A stretch of DNA of 64,000 nt from Mobula hypostoma. Its lineage: Eukaryota. This document shows positions 1 to 11,607 of the stretch, piece by piece. The translations under genes were made by a program, and so were the position numbers. The DNA is taken from NCBI RefSeq assembly GCF_963921235.1, contig NC_086097.1, positions 133,550,001-133,614,000 on the forward strand. Direction: 5' to 3'. A model generated the notes under the pieces. The model did not search any database, was not told where the DNA came from, and saw only the letters and a list, made by a program, of their open reading frames with translations. Positions within the stretch are counted from its first letter, which is position 1. Every line of letters begins with the position of its first letter.

Positions 1-254
1 AAAGAGAAGTCCACAAGCGAATGCTGCACACTGACACATTTCAGGATGTGGGAGTGCATGCTGAAGGTTGCACTGATGCTCAGTGCAGCCGCTACAGAAG
101 ATCTGTGGGGAAGGAATATTCCAGTGGATTGTCAGCTTGATGCCTGGTGCTGAAGTCTCTGGCATGGAAATTAAACTCGGGATCAGTCTAGCCATTACAT
201 GTACCAGCACGAAGCCTTTGTCTGAGCACCTTCATAAGGAATTAGGTTTTTCCA

Positions 255-515
255 AATTAGTCATTGACATCAGGAAGGGAGGTGGTGCACACACCTCCAT
301 TTACCTCAGTGGTACTGAGGTGAAGAAGGTGCGAAGGTTAGGTTTCTAGGAGAGAACATCATTAATAGCCTATCCTAATTCAATCATGTACGGCCAAGAA
401 ATCTCACTAGTGCCTCTACTTCCTCAGGAGGTTTAAGAAATTCATTATGTCCTCATTGACTCTACTTTTTATCAATGTAATGTAAAAAGCATCCAATCAG
501 ATCCATCATGGTACA
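255..515 (+). mobile_element. Decayed Rex1/Babar-clade LINE fragment (C-terminal part of RT ORF)
   Basis: Broken translation LVIDIRKGGGAHTSIYLSGTEV...FLG.NI...LYFLRRFKKF parallels the intact Rex-type ORF at 45296-45898. Confidence 0.8.
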
Positions 516-1904
516 TGTGACAATTATAAACCAATTGGCCAATTTAACAACTGCAGCCATTTTTAATAGCATATTACCCATTACTGATAAATGAATAAAA
601 CTTCGAGTACTGTATTTATATTGCCCTGAGCTGTTATTTCCCTGCATAGGAATGAATACAGGAACCAAGTAGGGGTACATTACAATTGAGCTACATCATG
701 CAATACATTTCAAATCTGTGCAATCCAAAGCTTTGTAGGTGATTTATAAGAAAATCAGCAATCACTTCCATTTTGAGGGATTGAATAGATATCTTAATTA
801 TTTCAAAATCTGAGCATAGTGTCTGATAAGAAAATACTACATCTAAATGGAAAATCTGAAGAAAATCCTAAGGAATTGCACCTTCATTTTATTACTCAAC
901 TTATTAAGAAAATATTAAAATGACATACTTCTGTAGTTCGTTTAATTATTCTATTTGTTTTGCAATCGAAATTAAGGGTTTAAATGTAATAGTGGCTACA
1001 GTTATACCAAAATTGGTAAATTGGCTTATTATTGTTACATGTACCAAGATAAAGTGAATACTTGTTTTGTGTGCCATTCATACAGATCATTTCATTATGG
1101 CAGTCCATTGAGGTACTACATGCAGAGAATGCAGCCATATGGAATGTGTATGGATATTGTCCAGGTAGAAAAGATTAGTTTAGTTGGACATTCAATTATT
1201 AATTTAATTAGATTAGCAGGACATTATGGTTTCAATGTCTTGTTCCTATCCTGTGCTGTTCTAAGTTTTAGATCAAATAGTTAGAAGAAAAAATTATTTT
1301 TAACAGTAATAAAGGTCGATAACCAGAGGATATGCATGTATATAAGGCACTTTCGTAACCGTTAAAGAACCAGATGGTGATTGTAGGATAACTTATGTCT
1401 GCCATCAGATTGTTGTGACCTAGAATGTACTGCGAAAAAATATTCAACAGCACCTTTCAAAAAAGAATGGGACAAATATTTGAAGAGGAAAAGAACTGTT
1501 ACATGGACCAGGGACTAATTGGCCTTCTCTTCTATGATAATACATTATAACTTTTATTATGTTGGGATGCAAATTTCATCTTAATTCATCTGACATATGG
1601 AATTCATGCTGCAAAGTGGTAGCCAAGAGTGGATTGACCAAATTTCATCTGCAATGCATGAAGTTTTTTTTATTCACTCACATGGATTATGGTGGCCCAA
1701 TAATTGGGTTACACAATGTGTTGTGTGTTTTAAAACATCGATTAATTAAATACAATTGGAATTATACAGCTAGTATCAGAAGAGGTGACCAAAAATAGTA
1801 TCATATTATCACTAAAACACAAATGATTCATTAATAATTTTCTGGAAAAGAAATCCAGTATTCTTACCCAATCCAATTTACATATAACTCCAAACTCAAA
1901 CGTC

Positions 1905-2222
1905 CAAGAGGACCACAACTTGTCATAGGGTTTGGAGGCTTTTGTGCCTCAGTGACCCAGAGAAGTTTGTTGGCTGGAGTCAAGGCCTTGTACATTGGCT
2001 CTTGGTAGGGTCACCCATGCCAAACAGGTCAAAGGGTTGAGGCTGGACTAAGAGTGGTCCACTGGTCCTCCAGGTTCAGGGGTTCAGTTCAGGGCTAACA
2101 ACCCTGATTTGTCAAAACAAAGTGCTATGGAAACAGTAATGAAGAATCTTTCATTAGATGATGACAGAGATGGAGGACCTTCATTGCTGCCCTATATGCT
2201 AACGACGTAATGGGCATTGCTG
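1905..2222 (+). mobile_element. Bipartite non-autonomous RTE-clade element (RTE 5'UTR joined to RTE ORF 3' end)
   Basis: 5' part has RTE-type UTR motifs (ACCACAACTTGTC, GGGTCACCCATGCC, GACTAAGAGTGGTCCAC, GGGCTAACAACCC); 3' part reads RWRTFIAALYA, typical of an RTE ORF C-terminus; no RT/EN in between. Confidence 0.75.
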
Positions 2223-4984
2223 GCCACGCTCAAAGTAAAGTGGTGGCAAAGCAATATTGCCTAGTATTAGTTCATAGATAACCAGGGCGGGTATTAACCA
2301 GCAATACCCACAATCCATAAGTTGTCTATATATTTGTAACATCATCAATGCCTGGCCTCTCTCAGTTGCTAATCTTGTAACAGTATTTGATTTCAGACTG
2401 CCAGTCACAAGCTTCTTTGAAAATTTCGCTCTTGCTTGTTCAGTTGGTTTCCGTCTGATTTTCGGCTGCTCTGATAGACAATAAACTCATGTCAATCTTG
2501 TTTAAATATATATCACATTGAATGCACCAGCAATGTGACTGTATTAAAGCTGATCCTTATATTGCACAATTTTTTATTTGCAAGGCATTTTAGACAATGG
2601 TCAAAGTCTCCAAGTAGGAAGTATATTTTATTGGCAATCCATGCTAATCCCTCTATTTTATGCACCCTATATAAATTATGTCTCTGCTTTGGTTACTTCG
2701 TCATCAGATACAAAATGAAATAACATTTCAAAGAGTTTCTATTGGTGGTGGGAGGATTGGGGGGGGGGAGCCAATAAAGCAAAACAGTAATTTTTTGTTT
2801 TATTCCCCTTCAGAATCAGCTCTCTCACCACAGCAGTGCATTTTAAATTCATAAAACCAAGATACCCACTGAGTTATTCAACTGGGAGGAATTTCATTAT
2901 TAAGCAGTTAAATAGCTTTGATATAAGTGCAGTCTTTGTTCTGAGCATTACTGACTCACACAATTTTTTGATTTTGGGGGAGGAGGTGGGAAGTACTGTG
3001 TGAGTTTCCAAGTGGTCTTGTGCCTTGGTTAACTTGTAGTCGTAACTGGTTGTTGCTAAGATGAAAACAAATGTCTGCATTTATTTTTATTTCCAGAGTT
3101 GTGACAGGCTCTACGGGGATATGTACAGACTGAAGCTTAATTCATCTGACATATGGAATTCGTGTTGCAAAGTGATAGTCAAGAGTGGATTGACCAGGCA
3201 ATGGATAAATAAGTGACTGTATTTCACTTCAGTGTCAATACCATCCATCAGCCCACTCTAAACTTAATGTGATTCAAAGCATATCTGTAAGTGATTTAAA
3301 GTCCAAGGTTTGAATTGTTTGCAGGAAAACAGATTTCAAGATAAACATCTGCTAACATGACTGTTTATCTCACAATGAAAATAGGTCACTGCTTTGGAGT
3401 GAATAGTACTGTATTAACTAATAGGTTTAAACTTTAATGAGCTTCAGATCTTCCCAGATCCACTCAAAACATCTGATTTTGAGGTACTCTTTTTTAAATC
3501 TGCATGTGTATTTAAACAAATCTTCAGGGGGATTTATTAAATGTCAAATAGTTTCCCTGATAATGAGTCACTCGAGCATTGATATTCTTGTTCTAAGCAG
3601 CATTATTGAAAATATGTGGTTTTGTTTTGTTATTTTTAATTAGCAAACCATTTTGGGAGATTAGATTAGTGCGCAGCTAGGGACTGAACTATTCTGGTAA
3701 TGCATTTTTTTAATTTCAGTTCTGCTGAGTTTGCAAACTGATGGGGCTGCCAACCATCTTAAATCCTGTCACAAAGGGATTACACATGCAACAGCACGTA
3801 TCAATGTTTAGTACTGAAGGAGGCCACAGTCTTTGCAAGGGCAGAAATAGCTAACAAATTCTTGAATATCGATAATGCCAGCTCACTTTTGATTAAGGAT
3901 CCCCAAAAGTCCCATCTGAGGAGAACATAGTCCTGATCTCCTCATTTCTCAAAATCATTGTTTGCAATAAAATGCTTTCCAAATCTTTTCGAATTAATCT
4001 TGCAATTTTAATAAAATTAACTGATAATGATATTGCTCAACCAAAATGCATTTTGCTGATGTATCTTTCAGATCAACAGCAACTTTTTACTTTAACAATT
4101 TTTATATATTAGCTGAACCTAGATGAGTCAGGCCAAATGCAGAAAAAAAGTCCACGATGTAATTGGATTTATATTTAGGAGTATGCCTCTAGCTAACTGT
4201 GCTTATTTAGCCACCCAAGAATAAAAGTACTGAGTAATCTTTTCCAATATAACTCTTCAAAAATATGCATGACCTAAAATTATTTTGTAAATTTAGAAAA
4301 ACACTTTAAATATATGTGCAGCAAATTGATTGTAGCAATAAAAATATATGAAGCATAAAACAACGAAGTAGATATAAAATGTTGCATTTATATCACTGTT
4401 ACACTGTGGCTGTTAAAATTCATGGTTGGAGTAGAGAGAACGTAAGATTTTACACCCTTACAATATATGCACCTTAATAATTCTTGCTTTTTTTGATAGA
4501 TTTACATTATGTGCTCTTAAGAAAGTGCTTTGCAAGAGGTTTGAACTTTATATTAACCGATTTCCTTTCTGGCTTAGTCAGTGCTCATTGTATAATTCGC
4601 CAACGTTTTAAAATCAAAAGAATGAGTCACACTTGCATTAATGTTCTTGTGTTCTCGAAGCACTAAAATGACTCGTGGCTGAGTTCACTTCATGGGTCTT
4701 TTAATGTATGAAGGCAAAGTATGAGAGGCAGGTAGACATTCAGAGTGAAGTGACAGATCAGTCATGATCTCATTATATAATAATGCATGCTTAACGGTTA
4801 AATGGACTACTCCAATATTCTTAAGTAATGTGATTCGAGTCTTGGAGATTTAACTACAAAGTTCTAGGCTCACAGTCTAGTGAGGTAATGAGGAAGTGCT
4901 GGACTATCTGAGGCGATTGGACATTATATTAAGGATTGGGCTACTTTCGGAATTAGACATAAATGATTCATTTTGAATGTCTCA

Positions 4985-5400
4985 GAATGAAGAGAATATA
5001 GATGGGTGGATTAGCAAGTCTGTGGATCACACTGAGATTGGTGGATTTGTAGACAGTGTAAAGGACTGTCAAAGAATACAATGGGATATACTGTCAATCA
5101 GTTACAGATATGGAGATAGAGTCCTGAAGAAGGGTCTAGGCCCCAAATGTCAACTGTTTACTCTTTTCCATAGATGCCGCCTGGCCTGCTGAGTTCCTCC
5201 GGAGTGTTACTGGGGATAGAAGTGACAGATGGATTTTAATCAAGGGAAGTGCATGCTGTTACACTTTGGGAGGTCAAATAAAAAGAGAAAGTATGCAGTT
5301 GATAGTAGACCTCTTGATGCAGAAGGACCCATAGTTCACTGTAAGTAACTACACAAGTGGATAAAGTGAAAAGGTGTGTGACATGCTTGCATGCTTGCAA
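4985..5400 (+). mobile_element. Decayed CR1 RT fragment, interrupted by a Penelope pLTR piece
   Basis: WISKSVDHTEIGGFVDS..DCQRIQWDI corresponds to CR1 [17 protein letters not shown]; resumes after ~5205. Confidence 0.75.
5119..5202 (+). mobile_element. Penelope-like pLTR fragment with degenerate minimal hammerhead core
   Basis: GTC-CTGAAGA-AGGGTCTAGGCCC-CAAAT-GTC-AACTG followed by CATAGATGCCGCCTGGCCTGCTGAGTTCCTCC, the motif found downstream of the GIY-YIG ORF at 63330-63400. Confidence 0.75.
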
Positions 5401-5624
5401 TGGCAGAAATTAAATCAATTCCACCCAAGATCCTTTTCATCTACCCAATCTATAGATGGGGGAATTCCTCCCAATCTATTTTTTTTGCCAGTAACGTCAG
5501 CAATGTAATGTAGCTCCAGAAGGCCTCAAATCACTTGTCGAATTTCAAGGTGACAAAACCCAAGATTGTTCAGCCTTCATGATTGTTTTCTCATTCTTGC
5601 GTGCACACATCCTACGCCATCAAC

Positions 5625-5810
5625 TGGAGAGGGTACACTGCAGTATTGAGGGCATGCTACACTGACAGACGCACACTTTCCAGATGAGATATTAAGTTGA
5701 GATCCTCTCTACTGCCACATAAGCAGGATATCCAACATCACCATTTTGAGGAAGATCTAAGTGCATGTCCCAGGTTTCTGGTCAAAGTTTCACCTTTTAC
5801 TGAAACATTG
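5625..5810 (+). mobile_element. Deu-domain SINE (SacSINE-like), 5' portion; 3' portion continues at ~6577-6725
   Basis: CTGCAGTATTGAGGGCATGCTACACTG...TTTCCAGATGAGATATTAA resembles the Deu core (recalled); split by the 5811-6566 insertion. Confidence 0.6.
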
Positions 5811-6483
5811 GTACAAGGTCTGGTAAGATCGCAGCGCATTCAGCTTCAGCGGCCTCTCAGGGCCCAACAAAAAGTGAATTTTTTTCTTTGTTAAATGTGG
5901 GGGTTTTTTATGATCGCAAGACAATACTGGATTACAAGAACTTTGGATAGAGCGGGTCTACCACATCAGTGAGCTGCTTGTTGTTTGGAGTAGCTGACCG
6001 GGGTGTTGAAGGAGCTGGCCGGCATTTTGGAGAAGGAGGAACTGACTGGCAGGTCGGAGGAGCCGGCCAATGTATTGGAGCAACTAGATTGGGTTCAGAG
6101 AAGCTGGCTAGGGTGCAGACCATGTTGCTGCCTGCTACTCGAAGGCATAAGAGTTGGTGCGCGAAGGCGGCATGCAGTGGGTAACCATGAGAGACTGCCT
6201 TGGACGTTTCTCTTGCGATCATGATACCCTGTTGGACATTGATAATGCAAGATGCTGCAGGACTGTTTCCCTTATTTGGCGACATGACAAGTGGCATGGG
6301 AACTGTATAGTCTCGGTTGTAGTGAGAACTAGGCCTCAAGTCGTGGGCTTGTCTGCTGCTGCAGTGCAGGTGAGGAGACACCGGAAGCAGTATAGCATAG
6401 CACCTGCACTCATTTGGGGGCTTTCCCTTCCTGTCCGTGCTCTGCACCATCAATTTACAAGACATGTTATTAAGGGACTTGGG

Positions 6484-6515
<32 letters not shown>

Positions 6516-6566
6516 CCATCTTACCAGACCTTGTTTGGTTGAATGATAATTAAACCTGATTTGATT
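5811..6566 (+). mobile_element. Non-coding non-autonomous retro-like element with 10-bp TSD, AAGATGGCG-like head and (TTTGA)n tail
   Basis: TSD TGAAACATTG at 5801-5810 and 6567-6576; GC-richer body; tail GATAATTAAACCTGATTTGATTTGA; contains (TA)15. Confidence 0.7.
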
Positions 6567-7179
6567 TGAAACATTGCCTCAACATTAGCATTTACTTTAA
6601 GTGAGCTTGTAGTGTTCAAAATGCCTGTCATGTTAAAGAAAGAATAACACAAATAACTTCCTGGATTGGTTGTAAAATGTCATAAAACCTTCTTTACATG
6701 GTGAAAGGTACTATGTCATCGGCATATAAAAAGCAAAAAATGTTGGAAACACTGAGAAAGTCAGGCAGCATCCTTAGAAAGAGAAATGGTGTTAATATTT
6801 CAAGTCAAAGTCTTTTTAGTTAATTGATTTTTCATCAGAACTTGCCTCAAAATCTCCATCCTGATTCTCTCACCACTGATGGTACCAGATTGCACCTAAA
6901 TGCATATTCTGTTTTCAATACCTCTACTCTGGAACCTCATGTTAACAATCATCCCATTAAGATATCCTCTTTCTGATAATGAATTGTCCTACTCTAATGG
7001 AAGGCTATTTTCTTCTCTCTGTCGTTGAGAATAGCTTTTTCTCTGAAGCTTCTGATCTCTGATTTCCAGATAAAGATACAGTAGGAAAACTGTAGCACTG
7101 AACCATCTAGTTCCTGACATGCTAATGCTTCCATTCTATACTATATTCAGAGAGCAAACAATCCTGTTGTTGGAGTGTC

Positions 7180-7830
7180 ATAAATTCATAGAGAACAGAA
7201 ACAGGTTCATTGACCCATCACATCCACGCTAATATTTTTGCCCATCCGGACAAATCCCATTTGCTACATTAGGACCCTGCCCTTCTACGCCTGCTTGGTT
7301 AAGCACATGCCTGTCTGTCTCTTAAAACCAGTGATTATGTCTGACTTTACCATTTTTCCTGCAACAAGTTCCAAATATCAACAATTCCTTGTGTAAAAAA
7401 GAAACTACTTCCTCCTCAGATTCTTTTTTTAAAATTCATCCTCTCCTAAAAATTATGGCATTTTGTTTTGGATCCCCTTGCAATAAGAAGAAATTCTGAC
7501 TTCCTACCCTATTTATGTCTCTTACAGTGTCTCAAGAGACTGCAGGTGCTGGAATCTGGAGCAAGAAAAAATCATGCAAGGTTTTAACCCAAAATATTGA
7601 CAATCCTTTCCTCCTACAGATGCTGTTTGACCGGCTGAATTCTTCCAGCAGATTGTCAGTTGCTCTAAGCCTATTATAATTTCATATATATCTGTGAGGT
7701 ATCATTTCAGCGTTTTTTAACTTCAGGGAAAACAAATCCAGGCTATCCAATCTCTCCCTGATACAACATCCTCTAATCCAGGCAACGTCCTGGTGAATCT
7801 CTTCTGTACTCTCTCCAGTGCAGTGACACT
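7180..7830 (-). mobile_element. Decayed CR1 3' end, with Penelope-derived foldback insert at ~7533-7665
   Basis: CATAGAGAACAGAAACAGG tail and AATCCAGGCAACGTCCTGGTGAATCTCTTCTGTACTCTCTC resemble the antisense CR1 3' ends elsewhere in the window. Confidence 0.65.
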
Positions 7831-8094
7831 TCATAGCATTAGAACAAGCTTGGGGAGAAGTTGGTCTTATGTCACTAGCTGTAAACCAGTGTGTTAGCTA
7901 TAGTTTACATCCCTTCTTGAACATTTATTTCAGTTTCATTCAGCAGATAGAAACATGTTGACATGAGTAATGTGGTAGCAAAGTCTCAGGCAGTGTTTAA
8001 TACTGGCCACAAAAATCTCTTCCTACGTACATTATAATTATTTCACAAAGTTATTAAGTTGACCACTCTTTTTTCCCTTTAAAAGCCTGGTTGA

Positions 8095-8266
8095 ACTTCT
8101 TCCTACCCTGATTAATTTTCTTTTTTGACTCCTCCTACTTTCTACAAATCAAAGGAGTAGCAATAGGTATCTCTATGCGTCCCCTCTATGCCTGTCTTTT
8201 TGTTGGCTACATGGAACAGTTCATATTCTAAACCTTCTGCTGTAACATTCACCAAGACTTTCTTTC
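8095..8266 (+). mobile_element. Penelope-like element RT remnant, part 1
   Basis: FLQIKGVAIG...YACLFVGYMEQ is the Penelope RT QxxGxxMG region; continues at 11608. Confidence 0.8.
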
Positions 8267-8547
8267 ATTGGGCTGTCTTCCAAGAAAGGTGTAACCTGCA
8301 CAAAGAGACAGCTTGCACCTGAATTGGAGGGGTATTAACATCCTAGTGGGAAGGTTTGCTAGTGCTGCACAGGGCGGTGGGGTTGTTTAAACCCCAGTTG
8401 CAGGGGATGGGAACCAGATGCCAAAATAGTGACTTTGTTGCAGGGAACATAAGGTTGTGATAGTAGGTAATTTTAACTTTCCACATATTGACTTGGACTC
8501 CCACTCTGTAAAAGGACTTGATGGGAAAGAGTTTGTCAAATGTGTTC

Positions 8548-9265
8548 CATAGAACCACAGAACACTTTTTTATAGGCATCTGTAGTCTCATGTGACCATG
8601 GATTTGTGCCTTGGAAGGTTTCCAGGGTGCAGGTCTAGGCAAGGTTGTATGGAAGACCGGCAGTTGCCCATGCTGTAAGTGCCCCCTCTCCACACCACTG
8701 ATGTTGTCCAAGGGAAGGGCATTAGGGCCGATATAGCTTGGCACTGGTGTCGTCTCAGAGCAATGTGTGGTTAATTGCCTTGCTCAAGGACACAACATCC
8801 TGCCTCAGCTGAGGCTCGAACTAGCAACCTTCAGATCACTAGACTGATGTCTTAACCAATTGGCCATGCGCGAACACACTATAGCACAGAAAACAGGCCA
8901 TTTGGACCTTCTAGTCTGTGCTGAAACTTTATTCCACTAGTCCCATTGACCTGCACCCAGTCCATAACCCTCCAGACCTCTCCCATCCATGTATCTGTCC
9001 AATTTATTCTTATAAGTTAAGAGTGAGCCCACATTAATCACGCCAAATGGCAGCTCGTTTCACACTCCCACCACTGTCTGAGTGAAGAAGTTCCCCCTAA
9101 TGTTCCCCCTAAACCTCTCCCCTTTCACCCTAAAGCCATGTCCTCTTGTATTTATCGCTCCTAATCTAAGTGGAAAGAGCCTATTCGCATTTACTCTGCC
9201 TATACCCCTCATAAGTTTGTAAACCTCTATCAAGTCCCCCCTCATTCTTCTACGCTCCAAGGAAT
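8548..9265 (-). mobile_element. 5'-truncated CR1 3' end inserted antisense into the 8267-11604 CR1
   Basis: ORF 9060-9260 ERRRMRGDLIEVYK...NFFTQTVVGV; (TTCTATG)-type tail at 8548; host CR1 reads TGTGTTC|AGGAA across the insertion. Confidence 0.9.
8566..8875 (-). mobile_element. tRNA-derived SINE with CORE-like domain and RTE-like tail (copy 1)
   Basis: Minus strand has A box TGGCCAATTGG, B box GTTCGAGCC, then GTGTCCTTGAGCAAGGCAATTAACC; short A tail; second copy at 32951-33249. Confidence 0.88.
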
Positions 9266-11607
9266 TCTACGTTCTACGTTCTTCTACGTTCAGGAACATT
9301 TTCTTAATTGGTACATAGAAGTCCCAACTAAAGAGAGTACAATACTAGATCTCTAATTAGGGAATGAAACAGGGCAGATAACAGAAGTTTGTGCAGGGGA
9401 GCATAGTGATCATAATGCCAGTAGTTTCTATGTAATTATGGAAAAGGATAGATCTGGTATGTGGGTTGAGATTCTAAATTCGAGAAAGATCAATTTTGAT
9501 GATATCAGAAAGGATCTGGCAAGTGTGGATTAGGACAGGTTTTTTGGCAAAGGTGTCCTGAGTAAGTGGGAGGCCTTCAAAAGTGAACTTTTGAGAGTAC
9601 AGAGTTTGTATGTTCCTGTCAAAACAAAAAGCAAGGATACCAGGTTTAGAGAACCTTGGTTTCTGAGAGATATTGAAGCCCTGGTTAAGAAAAAAGAGGT
9701 GTATAGCAGGTATATGCAGGCAGGAACAAATGAGTTACTTGAGCAACACACTTAAGATAGAAATCAGGAGGGCTAAAAGAAGGCATAAGGTTGCTCTAGC
9801 AGACAAAGTGAAGGAGAATTCTAAGGGCTTCTACAGGTATAAGAGCAAAAAGATAGAAAAGGACAAAATTAGTCCTCTGGAAGATCAGAGTTGTAACCTA
9901 GGCGTGGAGCCAAAAGAGATGGGGAGATCTTAAATTGACTTTTATTTGCATCTGTATTTACTCAGGAAATGGATGCAGAGTCTATAGGCTTAAGGCAATG
10001 CAGCAGCAAGGTCATGGACCCTATAGAGATTACTGAGGAGGAGGTTTTTGCTGTCTTGAGACAAATTAGTACATGGATAAATCCCCAGGGCCTGATAATA
10101 TATTTCCAAGGACCCTATAGGAGACTGGTGCAGAAGTTGCAGGGGTCCTAGCATAAATTCTTAACACACTCTTAGCCACAGATGAGGTGCCAGAGGATTG
10201 GAGGATAGCTAATGTTGTTCTGTTGTTTAAGAAAGGCTCTAAGAATAAGCCAGGAAATTATAGGCCTGTGAGACTGACATCAGTTTGAAAGTTATTGGAA
10301 GGTATTCTAAGGAACAAAATATATAGTTATTTGAATAGGCATGGACTAATTAAGCATAGTCAACATAGCTTTGCATGTGGTAAGTTGTGTCTGTCCAAAC
10401 TTAGAGATTTTTGAGGAAGTTACTAGAAAAGTAGATGAAGGCAGTGGATGTTGTGTACAGGAACTTTAGCGATCTTTGACAAGGTCCCGCATGGGAGATT
10501 GGATGTGAAGGTTCAGTTGTTTGCCATTCAAGATAATGTAGTAAATTGGATTAAACGTTGGTTCGCAGAAGAACCCAGAGAGTGGTTGTAGATGGTTGCC
10601 TTTCTGACTGGTAGCCTGTGACTTGTGAAGTGCCACAGACATCGGTGCTGGGTCCTTTGTTATTTGTCATCTATATCAATGAACTGGATGATAATGTGGT
10701 AAATTGGATCAGCAATTTTTCAGATGACACCAAGATTGGGGGTGTAATGGACAGTGAAGAAGAGGATCAAAGTTTGGAGCAGGATCTGGACCAGCTGGAA
10801 AAATGGGCTGAAAAATGGCAGATGGAATTTAATGCCGACAAGCGTGAGGTGCTGCACTTTGGGAGGACCAACCAGGGTACGTAGGTCTTACACTATGAGT
10901 GGTAGGAAACTGAGGAGTGTGGTAGAACCAAAGGATCTGGGAATACAGATACATAATTCCTTGTAATTGACGTCACTGGCAGATAGAGTCATAAAGAAAG
11001 TTTTTGGCCCATTGACCTTTATAAATCAATGAATTGAGTACTGGAGTTGGGATGTTATGTCAAAATTGTATAAGACATTGGGAAACTCTAACTTAGAGAA
11101 TTGTATCTAGTTTTGGTCACCTATCTACAAAAAAAAGTGCAGAGAAAATTTACAAGGATGTTGCTGGGACACAAGGGCCTGAGTTATAGGGAAAGGTTGA
11201 ATCGGTTTGGACTTTGTTCCCTGGAACACAGCAGACTGAGGGGAAATTTGATAGGCGTGTACAGAATTATGAGGGGTATAGATTGGATAAATGCAAGCAG
11301 GTTTTTTCCACTGAGGTTGGGAGAGACTAGAACTAGAGGTCATGGGTTAAAGGTGAAAGATGAAGTTTTTAAAGGGAACATGAGGGGGAACTTCTTCACT
11401 CAGAGGATGGTGAAAGTGTGCAATGAGCTGCCAGCACGAGTGATGGATGTAGGTTCGATTTCAATGTTTAGGAGAAATTTGATAGGTACATGCATGGGAG
11501 GAGTAAGGAGGCCTATGGTCCAGATGGGATTAAGCAGATTAATGATATAGCATGGACTAGATGGGTCGGTTTCTGTGCTGTATTGTCCTATGACCCTATG
11601 ACTCTTA

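Larger units (their letters stand above)
8267..11604 (+). mobile_element. Decayed CR1 LINE (ORF1 end, partly deleted endonuclease, RT, 3' tail)
   Basis: ORF1-end remnant (LHLNWRGINIL.GRFASA), VPQTSVLGPLLFVIYIN...FSDDTKIGG, NFFTQRMV, tail CTATGACCCTATGACTCT; many stops and frameshifts; interrupted at 8548-9291. Confidence 0.92.

Noticed and set aside
3085..3135. Acceptor-like TTTTTATTTCCAG followed by a possible exon
   Set aside because: Following bases resemble a decayed CR1 RT segment; no open frame or donor found
5932..6546. Overlapping 177-aa and 130-aa ORFs in a GC-richer stretch
   Set aside because: They lie inside a TSD-bounded insertion, show no recognisable domain, and are expected from the low stop density
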